A stretch of 64,000 nt of DNA from Camelus ferus (lineage: Eukaryota): contig NC_045697.1 of the NCBI RefSeq assembly GCF_009834535.1, forward strand, positions 28,026,001 to 28,090,000, read 5' to 3'. A program made the position numbers and the translations under genes. The first letter of the stretch is position 1. Every line of letters begins with the position of its first letter. The notes under the pieces are model-generated. The model ran no database searches. It saw only the letters and a program-made list of their open reading frames with translations, and was not told the DNA's origin. Shown here in pieces: positions 41,419 through 55,087 of the stretch.

Positions 41419-41667
41419 CTGGGCTGGGACTAGGGGACACAAGTAAAGGAACTTAACATGCCTACAAAATTTAAGGGAACCCCCACCCCCAACAGAAACA
41501 CAAAGAAACAACCTCAGTCTTCTAGATAGGTATTTTAGTGCAATATGTTTAAAAATCAAGATGAATACCAAAAAATCAAGACGAACAAAATATCAAAATT
41601 TTAAGTAAAGACTGAGTCCAACCCTGTACAACTCAGCCTCCCTCACCTCCCCCTAATCCCAGACTTG
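41419..41667. mobile_element. hAT-type MITE (MER96-like)
   Basis: Terminal inverted repeats gggctgggactagggg / cccctaatcccagact. Confidence 0.55.
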
Positions 41668-41991
41668 CTACAAGCTCGAAGGAGTAGAAAGGTCTGAGTT
41701 TACAGTTCTAACTTTGTGACCTTAGTCAAGTTACTCAACCTTCCTGATTCCCATTTTCTCAAGTTAGGGTTATTGTGAACCCTAGCTACTTCCCAAGTTT
41801 TCTGTCGAAATTAAATGATATCGTGTGGGGGAAGCACCAGCTCTGAAGCCTTGTCTGCGGTAAGCATCCACTTCTCCCCTTCTCTAAGAGATCCCTGAGC
41901 AAAGCCGGCATCTTACACGTCTGACACTGTGTGTGACGAGCCTTGGGGTATGAGCACCTAATCTGTCAGTTTCATCCTTTTGATTCCACAG

Positions 41992-42045
41992 AGCCACCAG
42001 AAGGCCGAGGTCCTTAACCCCATGATCAATAGTGTATTGTTAGAG
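41992..42045 (+). CDS. FAM114A1: FAM114A1 coding exon (SHQKAEVLNPMINSVLLE)
   Basis: ccacag|AGC...GAG|gtaagt; 54 nt. Confidence 0.95.
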
Positions 42046-43506
42046 GTAAGTGGACCCTCCGGAGAGAAAATGCTTGTGAATCAAAGCAAATGATAGAGCT
42101 ACTTTTTTTTTTTTTTTTTTTTTGGTCTCTTTCCCAGGCAGCAAATGTCATTGCAATTCTAAATTTTATCGTCGACAGCGTTTTTTGAGTACATCTGTGT
42201 AGCTCAACCAGCTGTTAAACCCTCGGGTGAAGCTACAATACCTAATTTTCAAGAATTCCTGATTATAAAGAGAAATGCTAAGCTTGCACATTATTTCTGT
42301 CACTGTTTCCCTGGCAGAAGCACATTTCTGCTGCCAAGTTTGACACCAGATTTAACACTGTGATTACTGACTGCAACGACAGATTCTTGCACAAGGGTGA
42401 TTTTTGTAAAAATGGACACTTCCCTCCATTCACGATTACTTTTGGTTTAGTTAGGTCTAAGCTCCAGACTGGCAGAAATGACAAGTAGAATCCTAAGCAA
42501 CTGCCTGTTCAGTGACCAGAGGCAAGATCCTCTAGGACCACAGCACTCACTTCGTGGGCCAGGGCTTTGTAACCCAGATACACAGCTGCCCCTCGCCGCT
42601 GTGGCTTTGCCAGAAGCAGTGATGTAAGAGAGAAGAAAAGCAGTGCAGGAGGTCTCACTTATGAGTCATAGGCACTGTGTTCCACCTGTGGCCAGTGGAG
42701 GAAAACCTTCTATTAGGGACCAAACCATAAGGAACTCGCACATCTGTAGCCCCAGGGAACCCAGCTGAAGCCACAGGGTGGTAGCAAGTTAAGTCTGAAC
42801 ATGGGCAGTGCGTATACAGTAGTTGTTCGCTGTCTGAAGTAGCCGTCAAATGCAAAATTTGGAAATGACAAAACCTCAAGGGAGAGCTACCTGTATATTG
42901 ATAGCAATGCATTTAGGAATTGGGTCTTACTGTTAAGGGAAACTACCAGGGTACAGGAGTAACAAAGTGGTGACACTAAGTGTTATTCCTTAAGACACAG
43001 CCACACGGGGGATGGAGTTGAAAAGAAGGGACAAGGGACCATAGTGGCAGCTAAGAGGAAACCCAGGCAGTCAGAGGCAGAATACAGAATGAGAAAATCT
43101 CCCCCTTGGCCATCCAAAAGGCATTAGCAGATCAATTACCGTGTCACCCATGAAGAATATGAAGTCAAATGTTTATTTATTCCCCCAGTGGAAGTTTTCT
43201 CCTGTTCTAATTACCTGAAACTTTAAATAGCCTCTTGTCAAATACTGTATGTTAGAGCACCACAACGTGACTAGCAACATCGAATATCCAAACCAAGGAG
43301 AAGGTACCAACATCCATGGGAGGATGACGGCGTTCAAGGATTTGCCGTAAATAATTACACAGTGGTATCTCCAGGAGCCCATTCTTGTTTATTCAGCTAT
43401 AGGTTGGGACAAACTACAGCCTCCTACATGCTTTGCTTTTATGTTATTTCAGAGCAGTGGGGTTGATCTGAAAAGAGGATAAGTAAGACTGGACATTGGA
43501 TCATGA

Positions 43507-43518
43507 ATATATACATAC

Positions 43519-43586
<68 letters not shown>
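43507..43586. repeat. (TACA)n(TA)n compound microsatellite
   Basis: Directly visible, ~250 nt upstream of the last coding exon. Confidence 0.95.
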
Positions 43587-43590
<4 letters not shown>

Positions 43591-43809
43591 ATATCCTAAA
43601 AGTCTATGGAAATGGCTTGCCTCGTTTTAAGTGAATTCTTCTGTTAGCATAGATAATTCAGAGCTGGAGGTACTCCATCTGAAGAAAAGCATTTACATTT
43701 GCTTTAAGCACCAACATTAAAAGAAAAACATCCAAAAAATAGTGTGGGGTTTGAGAAGAAGGAACATTATCAAATTGGAAGAACTGTCAAGATGGAACTC
43801 TGACGATAA

Positions 43810-43941
<132 letters not shown>

Positions 43942-46280
43942 CCTGGCCAGACTCCATGGAGTTCAAGGAAACGGCAGGCCCTGGTGCATTGTTACATACC
44001 ATTTCATGGGATGTTTTCCACGCCCCTGGCCACAGATGCCCGTTTGAAGACACTATAAGCAATTTTGCACGGACAGTATTGAGAATGCAAGTTTAAAGAG
44101 AATATCATTTCTCTTAATGTATATGGTTATTTTACAAATAATTATGTTTCCTTAATGTTAATTTAAACTTACACAGCTTTGTATTGATAATTTTCTTTAA
44201 TCTGAAGTTCACTCACAAATACTCATTTCCATTTTCCTGCTCAAGCACACTACATTTAGAAATTCCTGGGCAGACCTTTGACTTTAAATTTCCACTTTTA
44301 AGTTCCCCATTCTTATAATATGACTTTAAATCAATTCTTATACTGAACTTAGTTTTGTTTTATAAATACCATGGGTAGAGATAACACTACTTACAGATTT
44401 TACCAATGATGGTGAAAGAGGAACATAAGTATCTCTTTATTGTCATTTATTCTCAAAATAAGCATTTATTGAGCTCTTACTGTGTGCTCACAATAGAGGA
44501 ACATGCTCTCACCCCAATAGAGGCAGCTAGTCTGAAAAAGGATTTATAATAATTCCTAAAATACTTTAAAATACTAATAAATTTTTTAAACCTGAAAAAA
44601 ATTGAAGAACAAAGTATACTAGTGGGTTTGTTTTTTTTTTTTTAATGTTTTACTTTTCAGTTGATTGTATTTTTTCTCACACTTCTTGAACTTTTTTATC
44701 CCAAACTTTACATCTGGAGTGAAAACATATATGAAAAGGGATACTAAAGAATATTTTGTATGAAGTTGACTTCTTAGGGCCATACACACACGAGAGTGTA
44801 GTCACAAAGCCTGCACATACGCGAACAGCAGATGGAAGGGAGCCCAACACGGCAGAGCCCCAGGGATGCACTTTTAAATCCACTACAGTTGAGTCACGCT
44901 GTTCCATGAATGCACAGGTCACACTCGCCGGTGGCAAATGGCATCATTGCTTCTAAAGACAGACAGTGCTGATGTGTGGATGACTACATGGTTTCACAGT
45001 CCACGAAGCTGCACAGAAGACCCTGCAGCCAGGAGAGGCTTTGTCAATGGACACTTCTGCCCTGAGCCCCACACGTCACTCCGGCTGGGGGTTCTGTACC
45101 ATATTCCTATTTCAGAGACCATTAACATCCCTACAGGTACTGTCACAAGACGTCTTGCCCAGTGGCTCTCTCCAGGCCAAGTGAAGCCTGTATTTTTGCC
45201 AGGGTGAAAATCCCTCATTCACATTTGCTTTTATTCCTCTGATAGAGTAGACTGCCTTTGTTCCACCCAGGCAAAGTACAGATATTTGAATATCATCCTA
45301 CTTACTAACATTTCATTTTCCTATATCCTTTGTTTCATTGGTATATCTCCTGAAACAACCAAATGAAAAATACAAGAATTTATTTATAATCTAGAAAAAA
45401 AATTGCTCTGAGGAATCAATTAAAGATGGTTTTTCCTACTTGCTTTTGGATTGCCTGAAATGTTTCTGCTACTAAGTCTAGAGAACAATTAACTGATAAA
45501 AATGTTGCATTTATTACCTCTTCGTAAATTTTACACTTCTTATGTTCAGAGCAGAAGAAAGGATTTAGATTTACGATTTCTTCACATCAGACTTTTTTAG
45601 CATCAGATGGATTTATAGACATTAACTGGAAATGTAAAAGAAACATAGTTTCAGAGGAGCTAGATCCCCAAAATTAGACTTGAAGCCTAACAGCACCCAT
45701 TGAGTGCATAGCAAAATTTTTTATCATAAAATAGAAATCTGCACCAAAAAAAAAAAAAGGAGAGAGAGAATTATTCTCTAAAAAGTGGTTGATGTTATTT
45801 AAATGGCACATATATATCTTTTAGTGATGGAATGTTGCCAGGTGGAAACACAGTCTGAGAGATGATTCCTGGGGCCTAGCTCCACAGTCTGTGAATTACA
45901 TTATTTTAGGAGAGAATAATCACTTAAAATATATCCACCCTTCAGGATTGCTCTTTTTCAGTACTGTTTTTCACCATCACTTTTAAATAATTGCTTCTTT
46001 ACTTTGCCTTTAAAGCCTAGAAAGCACAGGCTCCAGATCTAGGCAAATGGCAATCAGTTAATGAATGAATGAATGACTCAGCAGGCTTGCTTTGAAAGTT
46101 TTGCATTCCTTCAATAATCCTTTACACAAATTGGGTTCATTTCACTCTATGCAATTACCCTGAATATGCCTGCCAGTTTTTTTCTTTTTCCTGAGATCAA
46201 GTGCAAAAGAAGTTCTAGTCTAAATAATGAATGAAGTCCTGCACCTGTGCCTTATTAAATAAAAAGCATCAAAAGCATAT
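43942..46280 (+). other. FAM114A1: FAM114A1 3'UTR region (3' end uncertain)
   Basis: AT-rich sequence after the stop; candidate signals AATAAA 44576-44581 (U/GU-rich tract downstream), ATTAAA 45419-45424, AATAAA 46258-46263. Confidence 0.5.
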
Positions 46281-48994
46281 TTCAAATTCAAAGCAAAATG
46301 CGTCCAAGAAAAACCACTTTGGGGTGTTGATACATAAAGCTTTGAAGGTGAAATTGAGTCCCAAATCTTAAAGCAAAGGCCTAAGCTTAAATATTCTATC
46401 CCACTGAGGACAGAAGTCTCTTTTCTCTGAGTCTCACACTGTGCTGTACTTCACGTCCATGGTTAAATGAGCAGTGTGGCTCGCCGGGATGGTGGCAAGG
46501 ATGAGCTGCTTCAGCTACACCCGCTATGGAAGCATGGACTTCAGCTGCAGAGCACAAAGGGAAGAAGCACCAGCCTTGGACGGGCTAAGGAAAGTGCTCA
46601 TTATATGGGAGAAGTCTGAACCTAGAAATGAGTGTTTCCTGTGCTTTCTCCAGTCAGCTGCCCCGAGGTGCTCGTGCATCTGAGAAGTCAGCTTCTGCAC
46701 AGCCCGGCTGGGCTGCGTTCAAGTTAGTAACAAAAGCAGGCATATTCCAGTCACAGCCATCCTAGCGGTCCACAATGTAATGTCTTAGGAAGTAATTCAG
46801 CAAAAATGTGAAATAAACTTATTTTTCTTCTTTTCTAAAAAAAGAAGGTATGTATGTATACTTACATACTGTGTGTGTGTGTGTGTGTGTATATGTATAT
46901 ATACATATATATAGCAATGTAGGTATGTATGTATGCTGAACAGATGGGATGGATTTTACCACATGACTTCAATCTGTATTTGATTTTATAAAAGCAGTTA
47001 TCCTTCAGGGTTAAGCTAATTTTTGTAATGTAAAAATTGCCCTTTGGTCTTCCTCTTAAGCATGCTCTACATTCTGATATTCAGATCCAGGCTTCAACTT
47101 GGTTTCTTAAATTACTGTGTTTGTAAAAGCACGTCAGAAGAGATCATACTGAAAACTCATTTCAGAACTGCAGTTTTGCCTTGGTTTTGTAGTTGATTAG
47201 AATTCAAAAAGCCATAGGAGTGGATTCAGATCAGCCATTCTTCACATTAAAGGGAAAAAAAATCATGTGGTCAACGATTTGTTCCATTTTTCTAGATACC
47301 TCATAACTTATTCAGGTTTATGTTTATTTTCTGTATATTCACCTAGAATAGATGCTCCACTGCAATACATGCTATTAAACAAATCTGAGATTCTTTCTTG
47401 TATATGTGTGTATTCAGATCCTGAAAATAATCTGAACTTTTCTACCCTTTGAGCATTTTACCTTTAGCAATGATTAACCTGTTGCAACCCAACAGTAAGA
47501 AATCCGTTGTGTTTCTGATATTTCTGGTGCCTGGGGTCAGCATAGACTGTGAATAGAAGCTGATTGTGGCGAGTGAGAATTTTGTGTTGGCATTGAAGCT
47601 GCATTTACCTTTGTCTGCATCAGAGAGTATTTTTCTCTGCATGAGCTGTCAGCCAAAAAGCAATAGGATTATGTCTGCCTGTGGTCACCGCTGACTCACT
47701 CGACAGACCTGTCTCTTCTGTTGGTCTCAAAGAAATCCCATACTGCAAAAGAATTTTACATACGTTTCATATATGCCTTCACTGAGCACAGAGGTTTAGG
47801 GTGATTCAGAAACGGTCTGTCTCCCTGCCATGGGTTTCACTACTAGGTTTCTAGAGCTGCCATTTGGAGGGGAAAACCAGCACAGAAGCCAAGAGCAGAT
47901 GGATGAAACCTTGGCGAAAAAGCAAATCTAATTCTCTGCCTCTGAGTCTCTGCCATCGTTACCCTTTTTCCTCTCTCAGAACTTCTTTGACGACTGTCAT
48001 TAAGGGCCTCTCTTCCAGGATCAGCTTTTAACATCCTGCCTCTCTTTTTTGTGTCTCCTCTTCTTCCCTTTCTCTTTCTCTACATTTATACTTTCCTTTC
48101 CCCATTTATGTCACCAGAAAACAATCTATCCAAAAGATTCCAATAATAATCACTAATATGTATTTACTGTGTGCTGGACACTGTGTTGAGTGTTTTATAT
48201 GCATTATCCCATTTAATCTCCATAAGTACCCTTTTGGGTAGATATTATTACAAATTCCACTGCCCAAATGAGAACATTTAGACCCAGAGAAGTTATGTAA
48301 CTCATTCCATGTGGCACAACTAGTAAAACAGAGCCAGGATTCAAACCCACGTCAATTTGACCTGACCAGCTAACATTGTAAACTATTATGCAGAGCCTCC
48401 CAGCAAAAGTAACAAGTTATTTTTAGAGACATTCAAACACTTGTATGTTTAGCTCTCTTTGCAACATTAGGTAGATTTGTAGCTGAAAGATTTGGTCGAC
48501 AACTTTGATGGTTTCCACGCAACTGAGAACACACTGGGACCAAAGAGACACAGAACGAAGCCATACGAGGTTATTGGGCCCCTGGGTGGTTCTACCAGAG
48601 GCCTCTTCCCTGCTTCACAGACATTTCCATCTGGCAGCTTCCTGGTCAACTTCATCACAGCTGCCTGACTCACAGGTACCTTTGATAGTCCTAAAGTGGC
48701 TCTATTTCCTCCTCCCGCTCCCAGATCCCACTCCCCCTTCACTGGTGCGGGGTTGGGGGGGGGTGGGCATTTGCAAATCACTACCCTTCCTGAAAATCCT
48801 TAACCCTCTACTGCCTGCCTGGAGCTTGGGGTTGTTTTATGCTTCCCTTGCCTTAAAGATTACCAACTTTAGGCAGCCTCTCCACTGAATCTTCAGTACC
48901 AGGTGTTGTGAGATACTGATAAATGTTTGAAAGATGTACTCAGTAATGCCTACTTGTCCCTGAACTTGGTGCTGCTCCCTGTTAAGCCCAAAAA

Positions 48995-49230
48995 GTGATG
49001 GTTGTGGTAGTGGTGTAGAAATGATGGTGGTGGTAATGATGATGATGGTGGTGGTGATGATGATGGTGGTGGTGGTGACGATGATGGTTGTGGTGGTGAT
49101 GATGATAATGGTGGTGGTGATGATGATGGTGGTGGTGGTGACGATGATGATGGTGGTGGTGGTGACGATGACGGTGGTGGTGGTGGTGACAATGATGATT
49201 TTGGTGGTGGTGGTGATGATGGTGGGTGTG
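48995..49230. repeat. Degenerate (GGT/GAT/GAC)n trinucleotide repeat
   Basis: Directly visible; produces the poly-V/M, poly-T/I and poly-P/S pseudo-ORFs. Confidence 0.95.
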
Positions 49231-49934
49231 GGGACAAGGTGATTATTTACTAAGTACTTAGTGTGCTCCAGACACTTTACCTCCATGATCTCGTTTAATC
49301 GCTAATGTCAACCTTATGAAATGATAGTGACTATTATATCCATTTTATGAATGAAAAGTGAAGCTTAGAGAGATTAAATAATTTGCCTTAGGTCACCCAA
49401 CTGATAAGTGCAAGAACTAGGATTCATACCCAGGCAGTGTATAAAATGCTAGCCAGAGCCCACAGATAAGCAGATACCTGGTCATAAAAAGGAAAAGTTG
49501 CCCATTTTCCCTTGGGTTGAGTTCTTCTCTTCCAGCTAATACCTGGGCTCTCCTCTCTCTGTCCTGTGGCCCCAGGCAGAGACAAATTGCTCCACAAATC
49601 TCCCTGTCAGGAGGCTAACCACATTTTTCCTGCTGATGCCTCTGATCCCAAGAGAGAGTGAGTAGCCTGTGTGTCCCATTCTCCCTCATGTTATAACTCT
49701 CATGCTGAGTGATCCATTTCTCACGGAAAACTGTGATTGCCTTTTGACACTTCGGCAAGAAAGCGCTTGTCTGCTATCTTTAGGGGAAAAATCCGCTGTC
49801 AGGAAATGTGATAAAGGTCAAGAAACCAAATGATGAATTGCAGGGCAGAAAGACTCTGGCCATTTCTGTCAAAGAGAATTATTTGGTCCTAGAGGGCATC
49901 TTAGTCAGGGATACATAGGATAATTTTCTTCCTG

Positions 49935-50245
49935 ACAGCTTCACAGCTCCCTCCCTCATTTCTTTCAGGTCTTTCTTCAAAAGCCACCTTCTCTGTGAGG
50001 TCTCTCCAGATAAAATTGCAACCCTCCCAATATTTCCTTTCTCTGCTTTGCTTTTTTCTCCATAGGATAATACATCACTATCTACCATCCTTTGCATCTT
50101 ACTTATCTATTATTTATCTCTTTTGCTAAGATGTAATTTCCATAAAACAGGGAATTTTTTTTTTAGTCTGTTACCATATTCCCAGCACTCAATGCAGTGC
50201 TTGGCACATGGTAGGTACTCAGTAATTATTTGTTGAATGAACAAA
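49935..50245 (+). mobile_element. L2a 3' end
   Basis: cagtgcttggcacatggtaggtactcagtaattatttgttgaatgaa terminus. Confidence 0.75.
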
Positions 50246-50621
50246 TACATTAAAGTCTTAAGTGTCCAATCTGTAAACATTGAATGAGAGAATGGAAACA
50301 GCCATATTATAGAGTAATTAATGATGGAGAATATCTGGTCAAGTTATATCATGACACGTTAACCATAGAAGTCATTGTGTCCATTTCAATGGTATTTGGT
50401 GTTGTTGCATAAATAAGTATGATTTGGGGGTTTAGAAGTGCATAAACATTTTGTCCATTAAAATGGATGGAATTTACATTTTTAACTTAGAAGAATTCAC
50501 TCTATAAAGGATTTTTTAAGACTCTTCATCAGGCAGGGGTAGACTATAGTGAAAAATTAGAGCCATCTAAATAAATAACTATATGGAATATTATGTAACA
50601 GTTAAAAAGAATAGAAAAATG

Positions 50622-50995
50622 TGTCTTAGTCAGTTTGGGCTGCGGTAACAAATATGCCATAGACAAGGTGACTTAAACAACAAACATTTATTTCTCCAAT
50701 TCTGGAAGCTGGGAAGTCTAAAATCAAGGTGCTGGCAGATCCAAAGTCTAGTGAGAGCTGGCTTCCTGGTTCACAGTTGGCTGTCTTCTCATTGCATCCT
50801 TACAAGGCAGAGAACACAGAGAGAAGAAGCAAGCTCTCTTATGCCTTGTCTTATAAGGGCACTAATCTCATTCATGTGGGTTCCACCCTTATGAATGAAT
50901 TACTTCCCTAAGTCTCTACCTCCAAATACCATCACACTGGGGATTAGGCTTCAACATATGAATTTTGGAATGATACAAACATTCATTCCATAGCA
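50622..50995 (-). mobile_element. MLT1A/B-type solo LTR inserted in an old L1
   Basis: tgtcttagtcagtttgggctgcggtaacaaat...aacatatgaattttgg...attccatagca; paralogous to 16578-16935. Confidence 0.85.
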
Positions 50996-53399
50996 AGGTG
51001 GAACAGATCTCTGTACTAACAGAGCTCCAAGATTCATCACTGAGTGGAAAAAGAAAGCTACAGTATAGTACTTGTAGTATATTTATCTCAAATAACATGT
51101 ACACACACAAATATCTAACACACACACACACACACACACACATTCCTAGAAGAAGATATGGAAAGATCTACACAAAATCATTAGTAACATTTGTGACCAA
51201 GAGTGGATAGGGTAGGGAGAACATCTGAATGTGACACAGTAATTAAAGGGAATTCCAATGTTATTTGTAATATTTAAATATTTTTATAATGAAAAATATT
51301 TTCGTTTTTCCAAAACGGATTATTTATTGTAATGAAATTTTTAAGAATCAAAACAAGAAGCAAAGGAAAATAGCTTCTGATGAAGGAGATGAGAGGACAG
51401 GGCCCTGCCAGGGATTTAAAGTGTAAAATGCACAGGTTATTTTTCAACAGTAGGGCCAGAAGTGTGAGTGAGAGCATCTACACGATCTGGATTTCTTTGT
51501 CATTAATGTTACTACAAAATTCTAAGACCATTCTGATGACTATACAAGTCTCTCCTTACTCTCCATAGAAAAGCCCAAACCAAGTATTCTAAATGCATAG
51601 TTTGTGAAGACTCTGATGGTATAAACAGAAAAGTATGTCATTTCCATCTCACTGGAAAGAGCCAACTTCTTTAGCCAGGTTGTGTCTCTAATCTTCCTCT
51701 AAACCTGAACAGCTCTACATCTATGTAATGGCTACAGAAGCAATTTTAGAAACTTCTGGAGGGAAACACCACAGAAATGAATGAATCTGTGTTTCACAGT
51801 TATTAGCTTGATCCCCAAATGTGTATCATATTTGCAAGAGGCAGTTTGCAATCTGCTCATCCTGACAAATGTAGCACAAGGGGATTTAAATCTCTGTATT
51901 TGCCATTTCTGTCTCTCCCGCTCCAAATTTATGGTGAAATTGTAGACACAAATAATGTGTCAGGGCTGAATGAACTGAGGTCTCTGCTCTGCTCCTACAG
52001 CTCCATTTCACTCAAAATAATAAATAGAAAACAAAGAAAAGCCTCAGCAGATAATGAATCTGTGTCCTAATGACCTTCCTGAACTACAAAATGGATTTGT
52101 AATTTACTTGGCACTGCCCAAACCATTTGGTGCCCATAGTGAGTTATGAAAACATTTTGACCATTTGGGGCTACAACTGTGCATTTTATTTCCTCAATGA
52201 TTCATGAAGCATTAGAACTACTTTTCCATGGGAAGGTAAAAGTCATCCATCAATGGGAAGACTTGTTTCCCACCTACCCTATCTGTTGCCTTGATGGTGG
52301 TGTGATTGATTATTAAGGAGCCTTGGGCTATTCTGCGGCCCCTGGGGCCATAGTATGGCCATTTATAATAAGATATGGGTGTTACAAGCCAATGCCTGAG
52401 ATTCTGCATCTCTCTTTCCTTTAAAATCACTTGATTTCTGGCCAAAAATGTAGAGACTCGCACTCAAAGAAAGTCATGTGCAAAATAACATGTTTGTTTG
52501 CTGAACAGTAACAAGTCTGTCACTTTCCTGGTCATCTCCATCTGCATTTGCTGCAGAGGCAGCAGTTGGTCAGTCACTGCAAGGGCACTGATACCTCAGG
52601 GGAACAATATACATCAAATGGTCTGAAATTAGTTGGCCTAAAAATGAAAGGCTCATTGATTTTTAAGAGCAGGAATAAAGTCTTCCATGTACTGCATCCA
52701 AACAATCCCTCCATTGTTGCCTTTTTGCTTCTTTGAGTTATATTTTTTCTTCTTTCCAGAGCTAAAAGTGAAACAAATCATAAAGTAAAGTAAAAGAGGA
52801 AAATATCTATTGATTTTCATAGGCCTATACCCTTCATTCATTCAATCAGCCCTTCATCCATATATTCATCCAGTCAATCCACAACATTCATTGCAACTGT
52901 CGTGCACTCTACCAAGTAAAATAGGATTCAGTTTGAAATTCACTTTGCAGTTCTCTCAGCCAAAATTACATTAATCAGTTGGAGCAAAAAAATCCACTAG
53001 GTATATCCGTGATTTCTGCAACCACCCAACTATAGGTTGATGACCCCCAAATTTCTACCTGGAACCCTGATATCACTCCTGAATTCCATTCATAAAGTCA
53101 GCTTCCTACCAGACACCTGTACATCAGTATCTGGGGGGTCCCACTAAACTTAATCTGAACATGTCTGAATGGAAATTATCTTTCCCCTTCCTCCTATGTT
53201 CTCTGTCTTAGTTGGATGCTTAGTGTTACTTCTGCCAGAAGCCTAGCTATCACCCCAGGCTCTTGCTTTTCTTCACCCTCAACACCCAATCAGTTTCCAA
53301 GTGCTGTCAATTACTTCTTTGTGTCTCTTCCTCCACCCCATTGCCTCAGTCTTGTTTCCCTTTCTTGTCATCATTCCTATGAACTGGTGTGATAGATAC

Positions 53400-53975
53400 T
53401 GAAGGGGAGCAGCATATGCCACCCCAATATATGACTGCAGGAATTCAGGACACGCCATCCCCCAATATGCTGCTGTGGTATGTTGATTATTGTGAGCTCT
53501 AGGCACTTGAAAAAACAGCAAATACAGGGAAAGTCTTCCTCTGAATTTCACTTATCTGTCTGAAGACAGAGCTTCCAAAAGGAACTCAGTTATCATAGAT
53601 TCCCCACACCAGGAATTTCATCAACCAGGGAAGATTGACTCTTATCACAGGAGAGGAGACTGGAAGTCAACACCATCACAAACTATCAAACGTCTCACCT
53701 ATTCCTCTAAGGGCCTATTCATCTTCCCCAAAAATCATTTACTCTCCACAAAGAGGTTGACGTCCCTCTTCCTTCTCCTTATTATGGTAACACTTAAGTC
53801 TGAATTTTAAGCCACCTCTTTGAGTTACTCATTTTTCCCTGGGTATCACCCGTACATGAGGTTACATGCTAATAAACTTCTGATCTGATTGTTTTCTCTT
53901 GTCAATCTGCCTTTTATTACAAGTCTCAGCTAAGAACTCAGAAAGGTAGAGGGAAAATCATTTTGATCCCCTACA
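53400..53975 (+). mobile_element. Solo ERV1-type LTR (MER34-like) inserted in an L2
   Basis: Termini TGAAGGGG...CCCCTACA, 4-bp TSD ATAC on both sides, AATAAA 53871-53876, atatgccaccccaa motif. Confidence 0.8.
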
Positions 53976-55041
53976 ATACCAACTTGGGGTCAGCGTGGGT
54001 CTTGGTCTCCCTCTAGCCACCCATAATGGTAGTGTCAACATACACTCTCTAAGAGTGCAAATCTGGTTACTCCCCTAATTGACACTTTCATTGACTGACC
54101 CCAGCATTCAGGAAAATACCCAAACAAAGCCCTTTATAGTCAGGTCCCTGCCTACCTTTTCAGGTACTTTCATCAATTCCTCACCAACTTAATGTGCCCC
54201 TTGCACCATGCTCCCTCTCAGCTCTATGTACTGGCAATTTACCTTGTGCGGCTGCTACCCTGCGTTGATTGGAGCCCGTGAGGGGACCATATGAACTGAG
54301 GGACTCAACAGTACGGATAACGTCATAGACCAGTGCATTCCTGAAATCAGCGTAGCAGCGTTAGCACAAATTGTGCTTTAATGGAATTTACCTTCGACTG
54401 AACTTTTAAAAAACTGGCTATTGTATAACCCCAAAAGAGGGATGACATTTCCTCCAGTGTCTCCATTCTCTTACTGCAATGATTCAAAAACTGGTATTCA
54501 GGGTTAATTGGGAAGAGAAAAAAAAAGAATATTCCTGGGAAGTGTGTTTAACCATTAATAAAGATTTAAAAAAAAAAAAAAACCTCAAGGGACTTCCCAA
54601 ACGTTTCAGATTATTACTGTGCATTGGAACTCTCCAAAAGTGGGACTGAAGGTGCGGCTTCTCTCAAAGTTGAACAGGGAAGCCTAGATCTGTAGCCCCA
54701 ATTAACAGCTACCGACAGTGGTGTTCCTCTGCAATCTGGCTTCCCTCTCTTCCAATATCCTTGTGTGTAATAAATCATTCTTTCAGTTGTGTAGTATCAT
54801 TTAAAGTCTGCCTGCTTAATCTTTAATTGGTTAAGCAGTTACAAGCTTAAATTATAGAGTGTGAAAAATATCACAATAGATCACAGTATTGTCAGTTTTC
54901 TCCTGCAGAACTCTGACATTCTCAAGCTTAACAAAGCCCAGTTCTCTCCCACGTTAATTACTGCAATGTCCTTGAAAGAGAATAGCATGGTTATTACTAT
55001 TTGCAAAGAGAGTATGCTTCTGTCTCTTGCTCGGTAGGAGC

Positions 55042-55043
<2 letters not shown>

Positions 55044-55081
<38 letters not shown>
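55044..55081. repeat. (GT)n microsatellite
   Basis: Directly visible. Confidence 0.95.

Positions 55082-55087
<6 letters not shown>

Noticed and set aside
48837..49286. Long ORFs rich in T/I, P/S or V/M
   Set aside because: Artefacts of the trinucleotide repeat.
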